From: Octopus bimaculoides
Taxonomy: Eukaryota
Length of the DNA stretch: 64,000 bases
Direction of reading: 5' to 3'
Assembly: GCF_001194135.2 (NCBI RefSeq)
Contig: NC_068983.1
Location: 90,101,844 to 90,165,843, forward strand
Shown: positions 14,131-25,177 of the stretch, piece after piece
Layout of the letters: every line of letters starts with the position of its first letter
Position numbering within the stretch: the first letter of the stretch is position 1
Made by a program: the position numbers and the translations under genes
Notes under the pieces: model-generated
The model's input: only the letters and a program-made list of their open reading frames with translations
The model's database searches: none
Told to the model about the DNA's origin: nothing

Positions 14131-15044
14131 TATATATATATATATATATATTATAATAATAATAATAATAGGGATAAAATCCAAAATAACAGGTAAAAAC
14201 TCAATTAAAATCAATTTATTAAAAATTAAAATTAAATTAAGTTTCACAGTATAAAATATATATAAATATATAGTTTTAGGGAAAAGAACCAAGGTTCATG
14301 AACTCATCGATGAAAATCCACTGTCACATCTAGAAAAATTAATANNNNNNNNNNNNNNNNNNNNNNNNNNNNNNNNNNNNNNNNNNNNNNNNNNNNNNNN
14401 NNNNNNNNNNNNNNNNNNNNNNNNNNNNNNNNNNNNNNNNNNNNNNNNNNNNNNNNNNNNNNNNNNNNNNNNNNNNNNNNNNNNNNNNNNNNNNNNNNNN
14501 NNNNNNNNNNNNNNNNNNNNNNNNNNNNNNNNNNNNNNNNNNNNNNNNNNNNNNNNNNNNNNNNNNNNNNNNNNNNNNNNNNNNNNNNNNNNNNNNNNNN
14601 NNNNNNNNNNNNNNNNNNNNNNNNNNNNNNNNNNNNNNNNNNNNNNNNNNNNNNNNNNNNNNNNNNNNNNNNNNNNNNNNNNNNNNNNNNNNNNNNNNNN
14701 NNNNNNNNNNNNNNNNNNNNNNNNNNNNNNNNNNNNNNNNNNNNNNNNNNNNNNNNNNNNCCAAATTTACTCATGAGGTTTTGTTGGCCCAAGGCTAAAG
14801 TAGAAGACACTCTTTAAAATATAGAGTTGAATTTCATGTAGCCACCTGTTGGTAGCTTTTCTCGCCTACCCATTTTGTAGAGGATGTTACCCATTTTTCT
14901 AGGCTCTTTTTGCAAAATTTGTATTAGTTTTTGTATGAAAAAAAAGAAAGGGAAGGGGGCTTGTTTGTAATTTGTATAGAAAACATTAAACATACCTGAA
15001 AAATTACATGGTCTTCCCCCGCCCAACTAAAAGACATGAAGAAC

Positions 15045-15282
15045 TATGAAAGAAGTGAGTTGGCAGAAACGTTAGCATGCCGGGCGAAATGCTTAGCAGT
15101 ATTTCGTCTGTCGTTACATTCTGAGTTAAAATTCCACTGAGATTGACTTTGCCTATCATCCTTTCGGGGTCAATAAATTAAGTGCCAGTTACACACTGGG
15201 GGCGATGTAATCAACTTAATCTCTTTGTATGTCCTTGTTTGTCCCCTCTATGTTTAGCCCCTTGTGGGCAATAAAGAAATAA
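15045..15282 (+). mobile_element. tRNA-derived SINE, second family
   Basis: Head TGGCAGAAACGTTAGCA; central GACTTTGCCTATCATCCTTTCGGGGTCAATAAATTAAGTGCCAG; A-rich tail. Related copies at about 59090-59240 and 61741-61870. Confidence 0.7.
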
Positions 15283-15555
15283 GAACTATGAAAGAAGGCG
15301 AATAAATACCAGGGATGGGGGAAAGAAGAGAGAACTAACAGTTACTTGTTCTAGAACTCCCAAAATAAAAATGTAAACACATCTTTTCATCTATTCATTA
15401 CTAAATGTCTTTCCCTCTTCTTCATTGTTGAAAGTAAAGTAGTTAGAAAAGATCAATCATATTTCAGAGTAATTGTCATTGTAAATGGCTGAGGCTTTCC
15501 TTTTGCTGTATCTATTGCTTCACTCCATTTCACTACGGTTAAGAGAGTGAAGGTT

Positions 15556-16345
15556 TGTGGGTCAGTGGTTAGGGGTATTCGGCTCACAATTGTAAACTCA
15601 TGAGTATGATACCCTGCAGCATGCTGCGTTTTTGAGCACGGTACTCCACTTCACCTTGCTGCAGTCCACTCAGCTGGCAAAAATGAGTTGTAGCTGTAAT
15701 TCAAAGGGTCAGTCTTGTCAAATTCTGTGTGAGGCTGAGTCTCCCTGAGAACCACCTTATGGTATGCATGTCTGTAGAGTACTCAGCCACTTTCACATTA
15801 ATTTTATGAGCAGACAGTTTGCTGATCAAATAAACAGGGACCTTGTTGTTGTAACTGACAGAGTGACATTTTTTTAAAAGTGTGAACGAAAAGGAAATGT
15901 TCCATATCGTAAGGCAAAAATGTCATGTGTTTAGTATAAGCAGTGAAAGCTAAGATGAAATAATTGCTATTCCGTCATGTATTCACCCTTGACTCATGCT
16001 CAGTTTGATAACAACAGCCTGCACATTGCTGTTTATCTGGGGACTTGGCCTCCAGATGTATGAGACCCTTAAATGCTGCTGTTAGGACTTGATTAACACC
16101 CATAGTGACCCTAATAACCAAAAAGGTTTTCTTGCCCCTATATAGGACCTTTTTTCATTTTCTTCCAGCCACTTGAAGGTTTATCTTGGTCCAGTCCACT
16201 CAGCTGGCCAAAATGAGTTGTAGCTGTAATTGAAAGGGACCAGCCTTGTCATATTCTGTGTGAGGCTGAATCTCCCTGAAAACTACATTAATGATATGTA
16301 TGTCTGTGGAGTACTGAGCCACTTGCGAGTTAATTTTATCCCCAT
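15556..16345 (+). mobile_element. SINE of a third family (15556-15860) plus a partial copy (16195-16345)
   Basis: tRNA-like head GGTCAGTGGTTAGGG and body TGTAATTCAAAGGGTCAGTCTTGTCA...GAGTACTCAGCCACTT shared with 28238-28660. Confidence 0.7.
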
Positions 16346-16580
16346 GTGGTAATGAAAAAAGAAAGTGACATCCAGTATTTGTTGTGTCTATGTATCTATG
16401 TATCAAATTTTTTTTGGATCTATGTAATTACTGTTTCTCTCACTTTCTCTCTTTCTCTTTCACTTCCTCTGTGTTCTCCTCTCTCCTGCTTTTAATTTAC
16501 CAATGTGTGTATGTATCTATGTATCTAAACAAATGCTGTCACCACTCACTGTCTCTTTTACTCTCTCTATCTTCATCTCA

Positions 16581-16618
<38 letters not shown>

Positions 16619-16927
16619 CTCTCTTTCTTTCTCTCATACTTCCTCTCTGAAACATTTAAAAGCACAAAACGAATGCCTGCCGTCACCACTCACTGTCTCT
16701 TTCACTCTCTCTCTCTCTCTCACTATCTCTCTCTCACTATCTCTCTCTCACTATTTCTCTCTTTCTCTTTCACTCTCTCTCTTTCTCTCTCTCTCTTTCT
16801 CTCTCACTCTCTCTCTTTCTTCCTCTCTGTCCCCCTCTCTCTCACTTTGCCACTCACTTCTTTGAAGTAAGTGTGACACACATGATAGGTACATACAAAA
16901 AGAATAAATTGGCATATTAATATTATT

Positions 16928-17270
16928 GATACAATTATAGCACAAGGGAGTGCATAGACACACTAACATGCTTGAAATAGATGTATTATTTTACTCCGTT
17001 AGCACAGGTTGAAAGCGGGCTGGTGAATCAATCAAATATCAAAAGATAGGTTTGGCATCCCATACTGACGACAGCACAGGGAATTTGCTTCCCTTAGCCA
17101 GAAATCGATCATCAATCTATGGGTAACCTTTCTTTTGATATTTGATTGATTCACCAGCCCGCTTTCAACCTGTGCTAACGGAGTAAAACAATACGTGGTT
17201 TATAGAGCTTTCAGTGTCTATTTCAAGCATGTTGGTGCGTCTACTCACATCCTTGTGCAATAATTATATC
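16928..17270. repeat. Palindromic MITE-like element with a perfect 58-bp inner inverted repeat
   Basis: 16989-17046 is the exact reverse complement of 17131-17188; the outer arms are imperfect. Confidence 0.88.
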
Positions 17271-17619
17271 TATATAATTATATATCAGTATTTTTAGATA
17301 TATAAATTCCATACCCTAAACCAATACCAACTGTTTACCTGTTCATTCTTTCTTTCTACTGTGTGTATTTGTGTGTGTGTGTGTGTGTGTGTGTGTACTC
17401 CTGAATACATACCAAACATCCTGCCTCATTAATGGATTTGTGAACTACTATAAATGCATGCATCATACCAATACCATCTTTCCACACACCATCATACCAA
17501 CACTATCCTGCCACATACAGTTGCGAAATGTACATATTATAATACTGTAAGGTAATATGTAACCTGATGAGGTTTCTTCTGTACTGTAATGTGCATTCAA
17601 TTCAATTATATCGTTTCCC

Positions 17620-17654
<35 letters not shown>

Positions 17655-18089
17655 TGTATGTATGTATGTATGTATGTATATATANNNNNNNNNNNNNNNN
17701 NNNNNNNNNNNNNNNNNNNNNNNNNNNNNNNNNNNNNNNNNNNNNNNNNNNNNNNNNNNNNNNNNNNNNNNNNNNNNNNNNNNNNNNNNNNNNNNNNNNN
17801 NNNNNNNNNNNNNNNNNNNNNNNNNNNNNNNNNNNNNNNNNNNNNNNNNNNNNNNNNNNNNNNNNNNNNNNNNNNAAAGAACTATAATAAAATACAAAGT
17901 AATAAACATTAAGATAATAAAACGACTACACGTGTTTCATAACCAAATTTTCAAATAGAAAATAAAATAAAATAAAATCGATTAAAATAAATCAATCGAA
18001 AATCAATTCTATTCAAAAATATAGCTAATCTTCGGGTCAAAATACAACAATAATAATAATGAAATCAATGTATATATATCAACCAACAA

Positions 18090-19250
18090 TAAATAACAAA
18101 TGAATTTATATAAAAATACTTATTATATCAAGAAGTAAAAGTACTTATTTTACTAATAAATAAAAGAAAAATATTTAACGATATTATACTTATCAAAGCT
18201 TTAGTTTAAACTAAAATGTTAAATGTTATACTATTAACATATCGTTTATTAGAATATCAGATAACAATATATAACAAATGAATTTCTATAAAAATACTTA
18301 TTTTACCAATAAATAAAAGAAAAATGTTCAGCAATATTATTAAAAATAAATGTAATACTTATCTTATCGAAGTTTTAGGTTAAACTAAAATCATAAACGT
18401 GACATTATTAACTTTACGTTTATTAGAATATAAAGTAACAGAAATATTAAATGAATTTATATAAAAATATTTATTTCACCAATAAATAAAAGAAAAACAT
18501 TTAACAATATTATTGAAAATAAATGCAAAGCTTATCTTAACGAATCTTTCGTTTAAAATACAGTTTAAACGTTATACTATTAACTTAGCGTTTTACTAGA
18601 ATATAAACTTACAATACATGAACTTATATAAAAATACTTATTCTACCAATAAATCAAAGAGAAATATTAAACAATATTATTGAAAAAATGCAACACTAAT
18701 CTTATTGCAGTTTTGGTTGAAACTAAGATGTTAAACGTTATGCTATTAACTTAGTGTTAAATAGTATATCAACTAACAATAAATAACAAGTGAATTTATA
18801 TAAAAATACTTATTTTATCAATAAATAAAAGAAAAACATTTAACAATAATATTGAAAAAATAAATGCAATATTTATCTTATCGAAGTTTTAGGTTAAACT
18901 AAAATTATAAATGTTACATTATTAACTTTACGTTTATTAGAATATAAACTAACAAAAATAATAAATTAATTTATATAAAAATATTTATATCACCAATAAA
19001 TAAAAGAAAAACATTTAACAAAATTATTGAAAAGAAATGCAAAGCTTATCTAATCGAATCTTTAGTTTAAATAAAATTTTTAATGTTATACTATTAACTT
19101 AACCTTAATTAGAATCTTAACTAATGATAAATGAAATTATATAAAAATACTTATTTTACCAATAAATCAAAAAGAAACATTAAACAATATTACTGAAAAT
19201 AAATGCAACACTAATCTAATTGAAGTTTTGGTTTAAACTCAAATGGTAAA
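18090..19250. repeat. AT-rich minisatellite, about 172-bp unit, about 6.7 copies
   Basis: Unit starts (TGAATTT-like) at 18101, 18279, 18452, 18619, 18791, 18966 and 19132. Confidence 0.9.
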
Positions 19251-19252
19251 TG

Positions 19253-20077
19253 AAATATTAATTATAATAAAAGGGTAAAATCAATAATAATTTTACCAGG
19301 TGGTCAGTGTGGAAATAAAAACCTCATAGGTAAATTTTACAAAATATTTTATAATTATTTATGCCTCACCATGCACTGCAAGCAAAAGAAAAATAATGAA
19401 TCAACAAGGTTTGGTTAACTGCATACAGGATCGTGTTTCAAGCATAAAGTAAAAAATATTTTAACTATTGCTCTCATCAGCAACAGTATTCCATAGTATA
19501 AATTTACAAGTATCTCAAAATATGCAAGCGATCGGCGACATCACATGACCAATATTCATCTGTAAAAATATGCTGCCAAGTAGAATTCACATTTTTCTTT
19601 TATACCCATGTGTAGTGTATTAAGATCTAGACTGCAGTAAATACAGTTTCGATCATGGAGTAAATTTATTCAAATATTAATTATAATAAAAGAGTAAAAT
19701 CAATAATAATTTTACTAGGTGTACAGTTTGGAAATAAAAACCTCATAGGTAAATTTTACAAAATATTTTATAATTATATACATAATTATAACAAGGGATC
19801 GGCTTTATGCCTCACCATGCACTGCAAGAAATAGAGGCTATAGGCCCCTCTTACCACCTTAAAATCTTGCGGAGATTTAAGCTTGAAACACGATCTTGTA
19901 TGCAGTTAACCGAACTTTGTTGATTCATTATTTTTCTTTTGCTCGCCTACAATATAGTGTTATTCTTGGAGATTTTAAGGTGGTAATAAAGGCTTTAGTG
20001 TCTATTTCTTAAAGTGCATGGTGAGGTGTAAAGCCAATCCCTTGTTACAATTATGTATATAATTATAAAATATTTTA
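19253..20077. repeat. Local duplication containing a palindromic MITE-like element
   Basis: Direct repeat of about 100 bp (19253-19352 and 19672-19770); inverted arms about 19760-19868 and 19970-20077 around a core. Confidence 0.85.
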
Positions 20078-20484
20078 TATATATATATATCAACAAAGAG
20101 CTATGCTCAAAATGATAACAACTCTCTCCTTTCACCAAGTATCAAATTAATATGTGCATGTCCTCGCGTTTGATTTTTTATCTTTTTTTCTGTTTTTTAA
20201 TTGTTTGTTCTTTGAATTGACTTATTTATATACATAAGTCATGTAAAAGGCCATAAGTCAGGAAAATGATGCACTTTTCTATCTGTCAATAGAGTGGATT
20301 TACTGTCTGAAGTGTACAGTATCTTATATGCATCATGGCTGATAGTGACTGCAATCGCCATATTTTATTCCATATTGGCTACCTCTGATGCACATAGGGT
20401 TATATAATCGGATTGTTACCTAGCACTCCACCGTACCCCTAGCGTGAGACCTACCATGATAGATATATAATACTGTACACTTTG

Positions 20485-20583
<99 letters not shown>

Positions 20584-20825
20584 CACACTGTATCAAGCAA
20601 AAGTCTTTAGCCACTTTAAATTATTGTTTTAATTCTTAAATTATTGTATTTAAATTATTAGTAGAATTTAAAAACTTCTACTAATTGCCAACTTATAAGT
20701 GGATGTTCCGCATTGCATTTTTTACAGATGAAACATTGACCCTGTTGTAGTCATTTACCTAGTCATTATATTTTGTAGAAGGGTTTCTGAATGAGAGGGG
20801 ATGATGCAAGATGACCACCAAAAAA

Positions 20826-21716
20826 GACTGTGCAAAAGTTTTTGACCACCAATCAAGATACAGTGTTTTAAAACAGAAAAATGTCTATAATGAAAATTTA
20901 TTACATAATGTTCATTTGAAGAAGTTGCTGTACATTGTTAATATTTCATGTGGCTTCCCTTAACTTGAATAATTGATTCAATGCACCTGGGAAGAGATAC
21001 GTACAAATCCTTCACCCTCTTCACAGGTGAGACGCCATTCTCTGTGACTGAGTTTCCACAACTCTTCAAGATTGCATGGATTCTTCTGACGAACTCTTCT
21101 CTTTAGTTCTGTCCATATTTGCTCAATGATATGAAAGTCAGGGTTCTGAGCTGCTCAATCTTTCAATGCCAGACTCTGTTGTGTTACATTCGATCTGTAG
21201 CATGGAGCTCTGACATGCTGAAAAATATCACCTTCATCCTAGTCTGGTATTAAATTGTCCTTCAGCAACTGGATGTATTTGGCACTTTCCAAGTTACTGT
21301 CAATTTTAACCAAATCTCTTGAACCATCACTTTTTATGCATCCCCAAAGCATCAGACACTTACCCCAAACTTCACTGTTTATATCATGTAACATGGGTTG
21401 TTTTGCTTTCTAATAAGTGAGAATTTGTCAGAAGACCTCCAGGAAGTGAAACAACCCACATTGCATGACATAAACAGTGAAGTTTGAGGGTAAGAGTTTA
21501 ATGCTTTGAGGATACATAAAAAGTGATGGTTCAAGAAAATTGTATAAAATTGATGGTAACTTGAATAGTACCAAATACATCCAGTTGCTGAAGGACAATT
21601 TCATACCAGACTTGGATAAAGGCGATTTTTCAGTATGATGGAACTCCATGCCACAGATCGCATGCAACACAACAGAGTTTGACTGATGTAAGTGTTACCA
21701 TATTGAAAGATTGGCC
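20826..21716. mobile_element. Tc1 3' half (minus) fused to an inverted copy of its catalytic region
   Basis: TIR-like CTGTGCAAAAGTTTTTGACCACC at about 20828. Decayed Tc1 core (LWGCIKSDGSR, KYIQLLKDN, QHDxAPCYRS, LKD-like motif) on minus at 21156-21404 and again on plus at 21448-21713. Confidence 0.85.
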
Positions 21717-21872
21717 ACAATAATGTTTACAACTCATCTTTTTCCAGAGAACATTATTCTCCTGCCTGTATTCTACCTTTACTGTTTATTCTTCTATTTT
21801 ATTCCTTATAAACTGTGAATCTATTTTATTCCTTGTAAACTGTAAATTTTCCATCGAAAATTTTCATACCTT

Positions 21873-21948
21873 GTCTCTGATGACAGAACACCCAGTGCAT
21901 GGACATGCTAACTTACCACTTGGGTTAAGCTAGAAACAGTTGTAAGAC
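21873..21948 (+). ncRNA. Minimal type I hammerhead ribozyme-like motif (Penelope type) with long stem II
   Basis: GTCT-CTGATGA-[49 nt hairpin]-GAAAC-AGTT-GTA-AGAC: stem I GTCT/AGAC, intact core boxes and a GUA cleavage triplet. The stem II closing pair is a C-A mismatch. Confidence 0.6.
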
Positions 21949-22260
21949 TTCAAATTCCCCTTATATCCTAATTAAATTATTCTAAATGCCTTGAGATACA
22001 TGTTCTGCCTTGGTTTTGCTTTTTCCTCTAATATAATATATACCTGCTATAACGGAACCCTAATACAGATCCCTAGATCCAGCCTCAGCTGTGGGCTTGG
22101 AACCTCACAGATGACTATCTATTCATACCTATTCATTTAGATCACAAGTGAACTAAACCCCTCATATTATCCATCCATCCATCCATCTATATATATATAT
22201 ATATCCAATTCTTCATTCTACAGCTTTGGTCTGTGGTGATTCTGAGGAATCATTACTCAC

Positions 22261-22348
22261 TAGCCCAATTTCTGTTGGTCTGTGGTATATTTCAGTGTAA
22301 TTCAGTGGTTTACTTGAGGATTTAGCTTCTCTCTCCAGCAAGTGCCCT
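22261..22348 (-). CDS. Candidate second exon of the same minus-strand gene
   Basis: CAG acceptor, 88 nt, donor CTA|GTGAGT. The only open frame (RGHLLEREAKSSSKPLNYTEIYHRPTEIGL) matches the phase-2 end of the 28149 exon. The acceptor lacks a good pyrimidine tract. Confidence 0.25.
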
Positions 22349-22393
22349 CTGTTGCAATTATACTTAACTATAATTATAAACTTTATATACATA

Positions 22394-23467
22394 CAGGGGT
22401 TGGACAAAATAATGGAAGCACCTTAAAATTTCAAATTTATTTTAATATGGGGTAGGACCGCCTGTGGCAGTAATTACAGCTTGAATTCTATGAGGTATGA
22501 ACTTGTACAAAGTTTGAATTGTTTCCAAAGGAATTTTTGTCCATTCTTCATCTAAAACAGTCTCCAGTTCTTGTAGTGATGATGGTGGAGGATATCGACT
22601 CCTTACTTGTTTTTCTAAAATGCACCATAAATGNNNNNNNNNNTATGAAGGGAAACCATTGGGCTGGCGGATTTCCAAGATATAGCACCCCTAGATTATC
22701 TCAGATCCTCCTCCATGTTTAACAGTTGGAAGAAGGCAGTCTGGGTCAAATGCTTCTTTTGGCTGTCTCCACATGTATACTCAGCTGGTGGTCGGAAATA
22801 AGGTAAAGGATGACTCGTCTGAGAAAATAACATTCTTCCACTGTTCTAGGGACCAATTCTGTAAGTTTTTATTCCACTCTAAACGCTTTGCAATGTTTGT
22901 TTTTGAAAGTAGTAGCTTTCTGATAGCCCTCCCATGAAATCCGGCTTTGTGCAGCTCCTGGCAAACAGTTTTTGTGGAAACTGGGTTCTCGAGGTGGTCA
23001 TTAAGTTCTGCAGTAATTTTGGGAGCTGTACTTTTGTGATCCATCCTAACAATTCGCGTAAGAGTCTGACAGTCCCTATCTGAAAATTTTGATTTTCTTC
23101 CAGAGTTTTGTTTTGACAAGGAGGTTTTTCCCTCTTTCTCAAATGCTGTCATTACTTTTGAGACAGTACTTCTTGATACACCAAAAATTTTGGCTGTTTT
23201 TGTTACGCTAGTGCCTGCCATACGAGCACCAACAATTTGACCTCTTTGAAAGTCTGATAGATCTGTCATTTTAATGAATTTTAATTACCTTTTTCTGATG
23301 AAATCTGAAAATAAACAGCAATTTTAGCAAAACATATTAAGCAACACTAATAATAAATCAAAAAACATAAAACTAAACAAGCTTTTGATAGGTTTTATAG
23401 ACATTTCAAAATTATGATGCTATGATGCTATGATGCTGGGTGTTTCCATTATTTTGTCCAACCCTTG
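22394..23467 (-). mobile_element. Tc1 transposon with a gap or deletion in the DDE domain
   Basis: TIRs CAGGGGTTGGACAAAATAATGGAAGCACC / CAAGGGTTGGACAAAATAATGGAAACACC with TA flanks. Paired-type HTH (LSDFQRGQIVG...FGVSRSTVS), VIFSDES and a C-terminal W..LE...GGPTPY. Confidence 0.93.
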
Positions 23468-23572
23468 TATATACATACATATACTTGAAATTTACAGAAA
23501 AACAAAAGACGAAGACAGGTGTATGAACAACAAGCAGGTGTATTAGTTTGATGCTCGGGAAAGTGAGAATGT

Positions 23573-23608
23573 CTTTTATGTTTTGAGCCTACGCTCTTCA
23601 ACAGAAAG
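23573..23608 (-). ncRNA. Decayed minimal hammerhead-like motif in a Penelope-like terminal remnant (about 23495-23670)
   Basis: CTTT-CTGTTGA-A-GAGC-GTAG-GCTC-AAAAC-ATA-AAAG: stems I and II pair. GAAAC and GTA each differ by one CpG-type G-to-A change; the core also has A6U. Confidence 0.45.
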
Positions 23609-23670
23609 GAAAAAGAGAAAATAAACAGAGAGAGAATAAGAAAACCTATAGATTTAGCAGTCGAGCATGG

Positions 23671-23753
<83 letters not shown>

Positions 23754-23771
23754 TATATATATATATATACA

Positions 23772-23976
23772 CAGTAATCCTTTGACTATCGCAGTTGTTA
23801 TGTTCCAAATCCTTCCACAGAAATAATTAAAATCTAAAAAAATATAAATACCTATTGGCTGCAGTAACCCGGATATATTGAGGAGTATGCGATATAAATT
23901 TACATATATTAACCATAAAAATCTGCAATGTACTGAGTGTGCAATAGGTGAACTGTGATATGGCGAGGAATTACTC
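23772..23976. mobile_element. pogo/Tigger-like MITE
   Basis: Imperfect TIRs CAGTAATCCTTTGACTATCGCAGTT / GAGTAATTCCTCGCCATATCACAGTT. Confidence 0.55.
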
Positions 23977-23995
23977 TATGTATATATACATATAT

Positions 23996-24146
23996 ATCAT
24001 CATCATCATCATCATCATCATTTAACGTCTGTTGTCCATGCTGGCAGGGGGTTGGATGGTTTGATTGGGTTGGCATGCTGGAAGGCTGCACCAGACTCCA
24101 GTCTGATTTGGCTTGGTTTTCTATGGCTGGATGCCCTTCCTAATGC

Positions 24147-24148
<2 letters not shown>
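23996..24148 (-). mobile_element. Truncated RTE 3' tail
   Basis: (CAT)n TTTAACGTC...CCATGCTGGCAGGG...GCTGGATGCCCTTCCTAATGCCA. Confidence 0.75.
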
Positions 24149-24204
<56 letters not shown>

Positions 24205-24212
24205 TACATACA

Positions 24213-24248
<36 letters not shown>

Positions 24249-24279
24249 CATATGCTATCATAAGGCCTTTTCATAGCTG

Positions 24280-25177
24280 GATTATGAACAAGGAGAATGA
24301 ATGGGATCAGAGAGTGGAAGTTGCTGTGGTGAAGGGGCCAGTGGAGAGGGTTAATCGGGAAGAAGTAGTGGACACAATGAAGGAAATGAAAACAAGAAAG
24401 GCAGCTGGTCCATCAGAAGTAAGAGTGGAAATGAAAACTGCAAGTGGAGAGATAAGGATTGTTGTAATGATGTAGCTCTGCCAGGACATACCGGATGGAA
24501 GAGGAATGCCAGCTGATTGGGCGGTAAGTGTAGTATTGCTGATCTTCAAGGGGAAGGAGATGTGGTGAGTTGTGGGGCGTGTAGAAGAGGGAAGTTATTG
24601 GAGCATGCAACGAAGATAGTGAAATGGGTGTTGGAGAAAACAATTTGGAAAGGAATGGATGTGGATGAGATGCAATTTGGTTTTATGCCAAGAAGGGGGA
24701 CAATAGATGCAGTGTTCATTGTAAGGAGATTGTAGGAGGAATACTGACATTAGGAGAAAGAGTTGTACATGTGCTTTGTTGAGAAAGCATTTGATATGGT
24801 TCCAAGAAAGGTGATTAAGTGGACACTGAGAAAGAGAGGTGTACTAGAGGTAATAGTGAGAGCAGAGATGAGTTTGTATGAGAGGGTAAAGACAAGAGTG
24901 AGAATTGGATCAGAGCTGTCGGAGAATCAGGGATGTGTGTTGTCACTGTTGTTGTTTGCAACAGTGGTTGATGTGGTGACAGAGAGTGCAAGAGAGGGAT
25001 TGATAATGGAGATACTGTATGCAGATGACCTTGTTCTGATGAGTGAGACGATGGAGGGATTGAGGTAGAAGTTTTGGAAATGGATGGAGGCATTTGAAAG
25101 CAAGGGTTTGAAGGTAAACCTCAGGAAGACAAAGGTGATAGTGAGTGGTGTGGAAGGAGAAGTGTTAGTAAGGTGGA
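24280..25177 (+). mobile_element. RTE LINE internal RT fragment (same family as 43917-47090)
   Basis: KAAGPSEV, QFGFMPRRGTIDAVF, EKAFDMVP, QGCVLSLLLF and LYADDLVL, with stops. Confidence 0.9.

Noticed and set aside
14304-15030. LIFLDVTV and LALGQ peptides suggesting a Penelope RT
   Set aside because: Only short motif resemblance around a large gap; no YVDD or QxxGxxMG seen.
17564-17580. CCTGATGAGG motif
   Set aside because: No downstream GAAA or stems.
18101-19250. Regularly spaced repeats considered as a CRISPR-like array
   Set aside because: The whole unit is homologous with no unique spacers, the context is eukaryotic, and there are no cas genes.
20265-20390. Possible C/D-box snoRNA (ATGATG...CTGA)
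   Set aside because: No terminal stem, box spacing unconvincing, and no recognisable rRNA guide.
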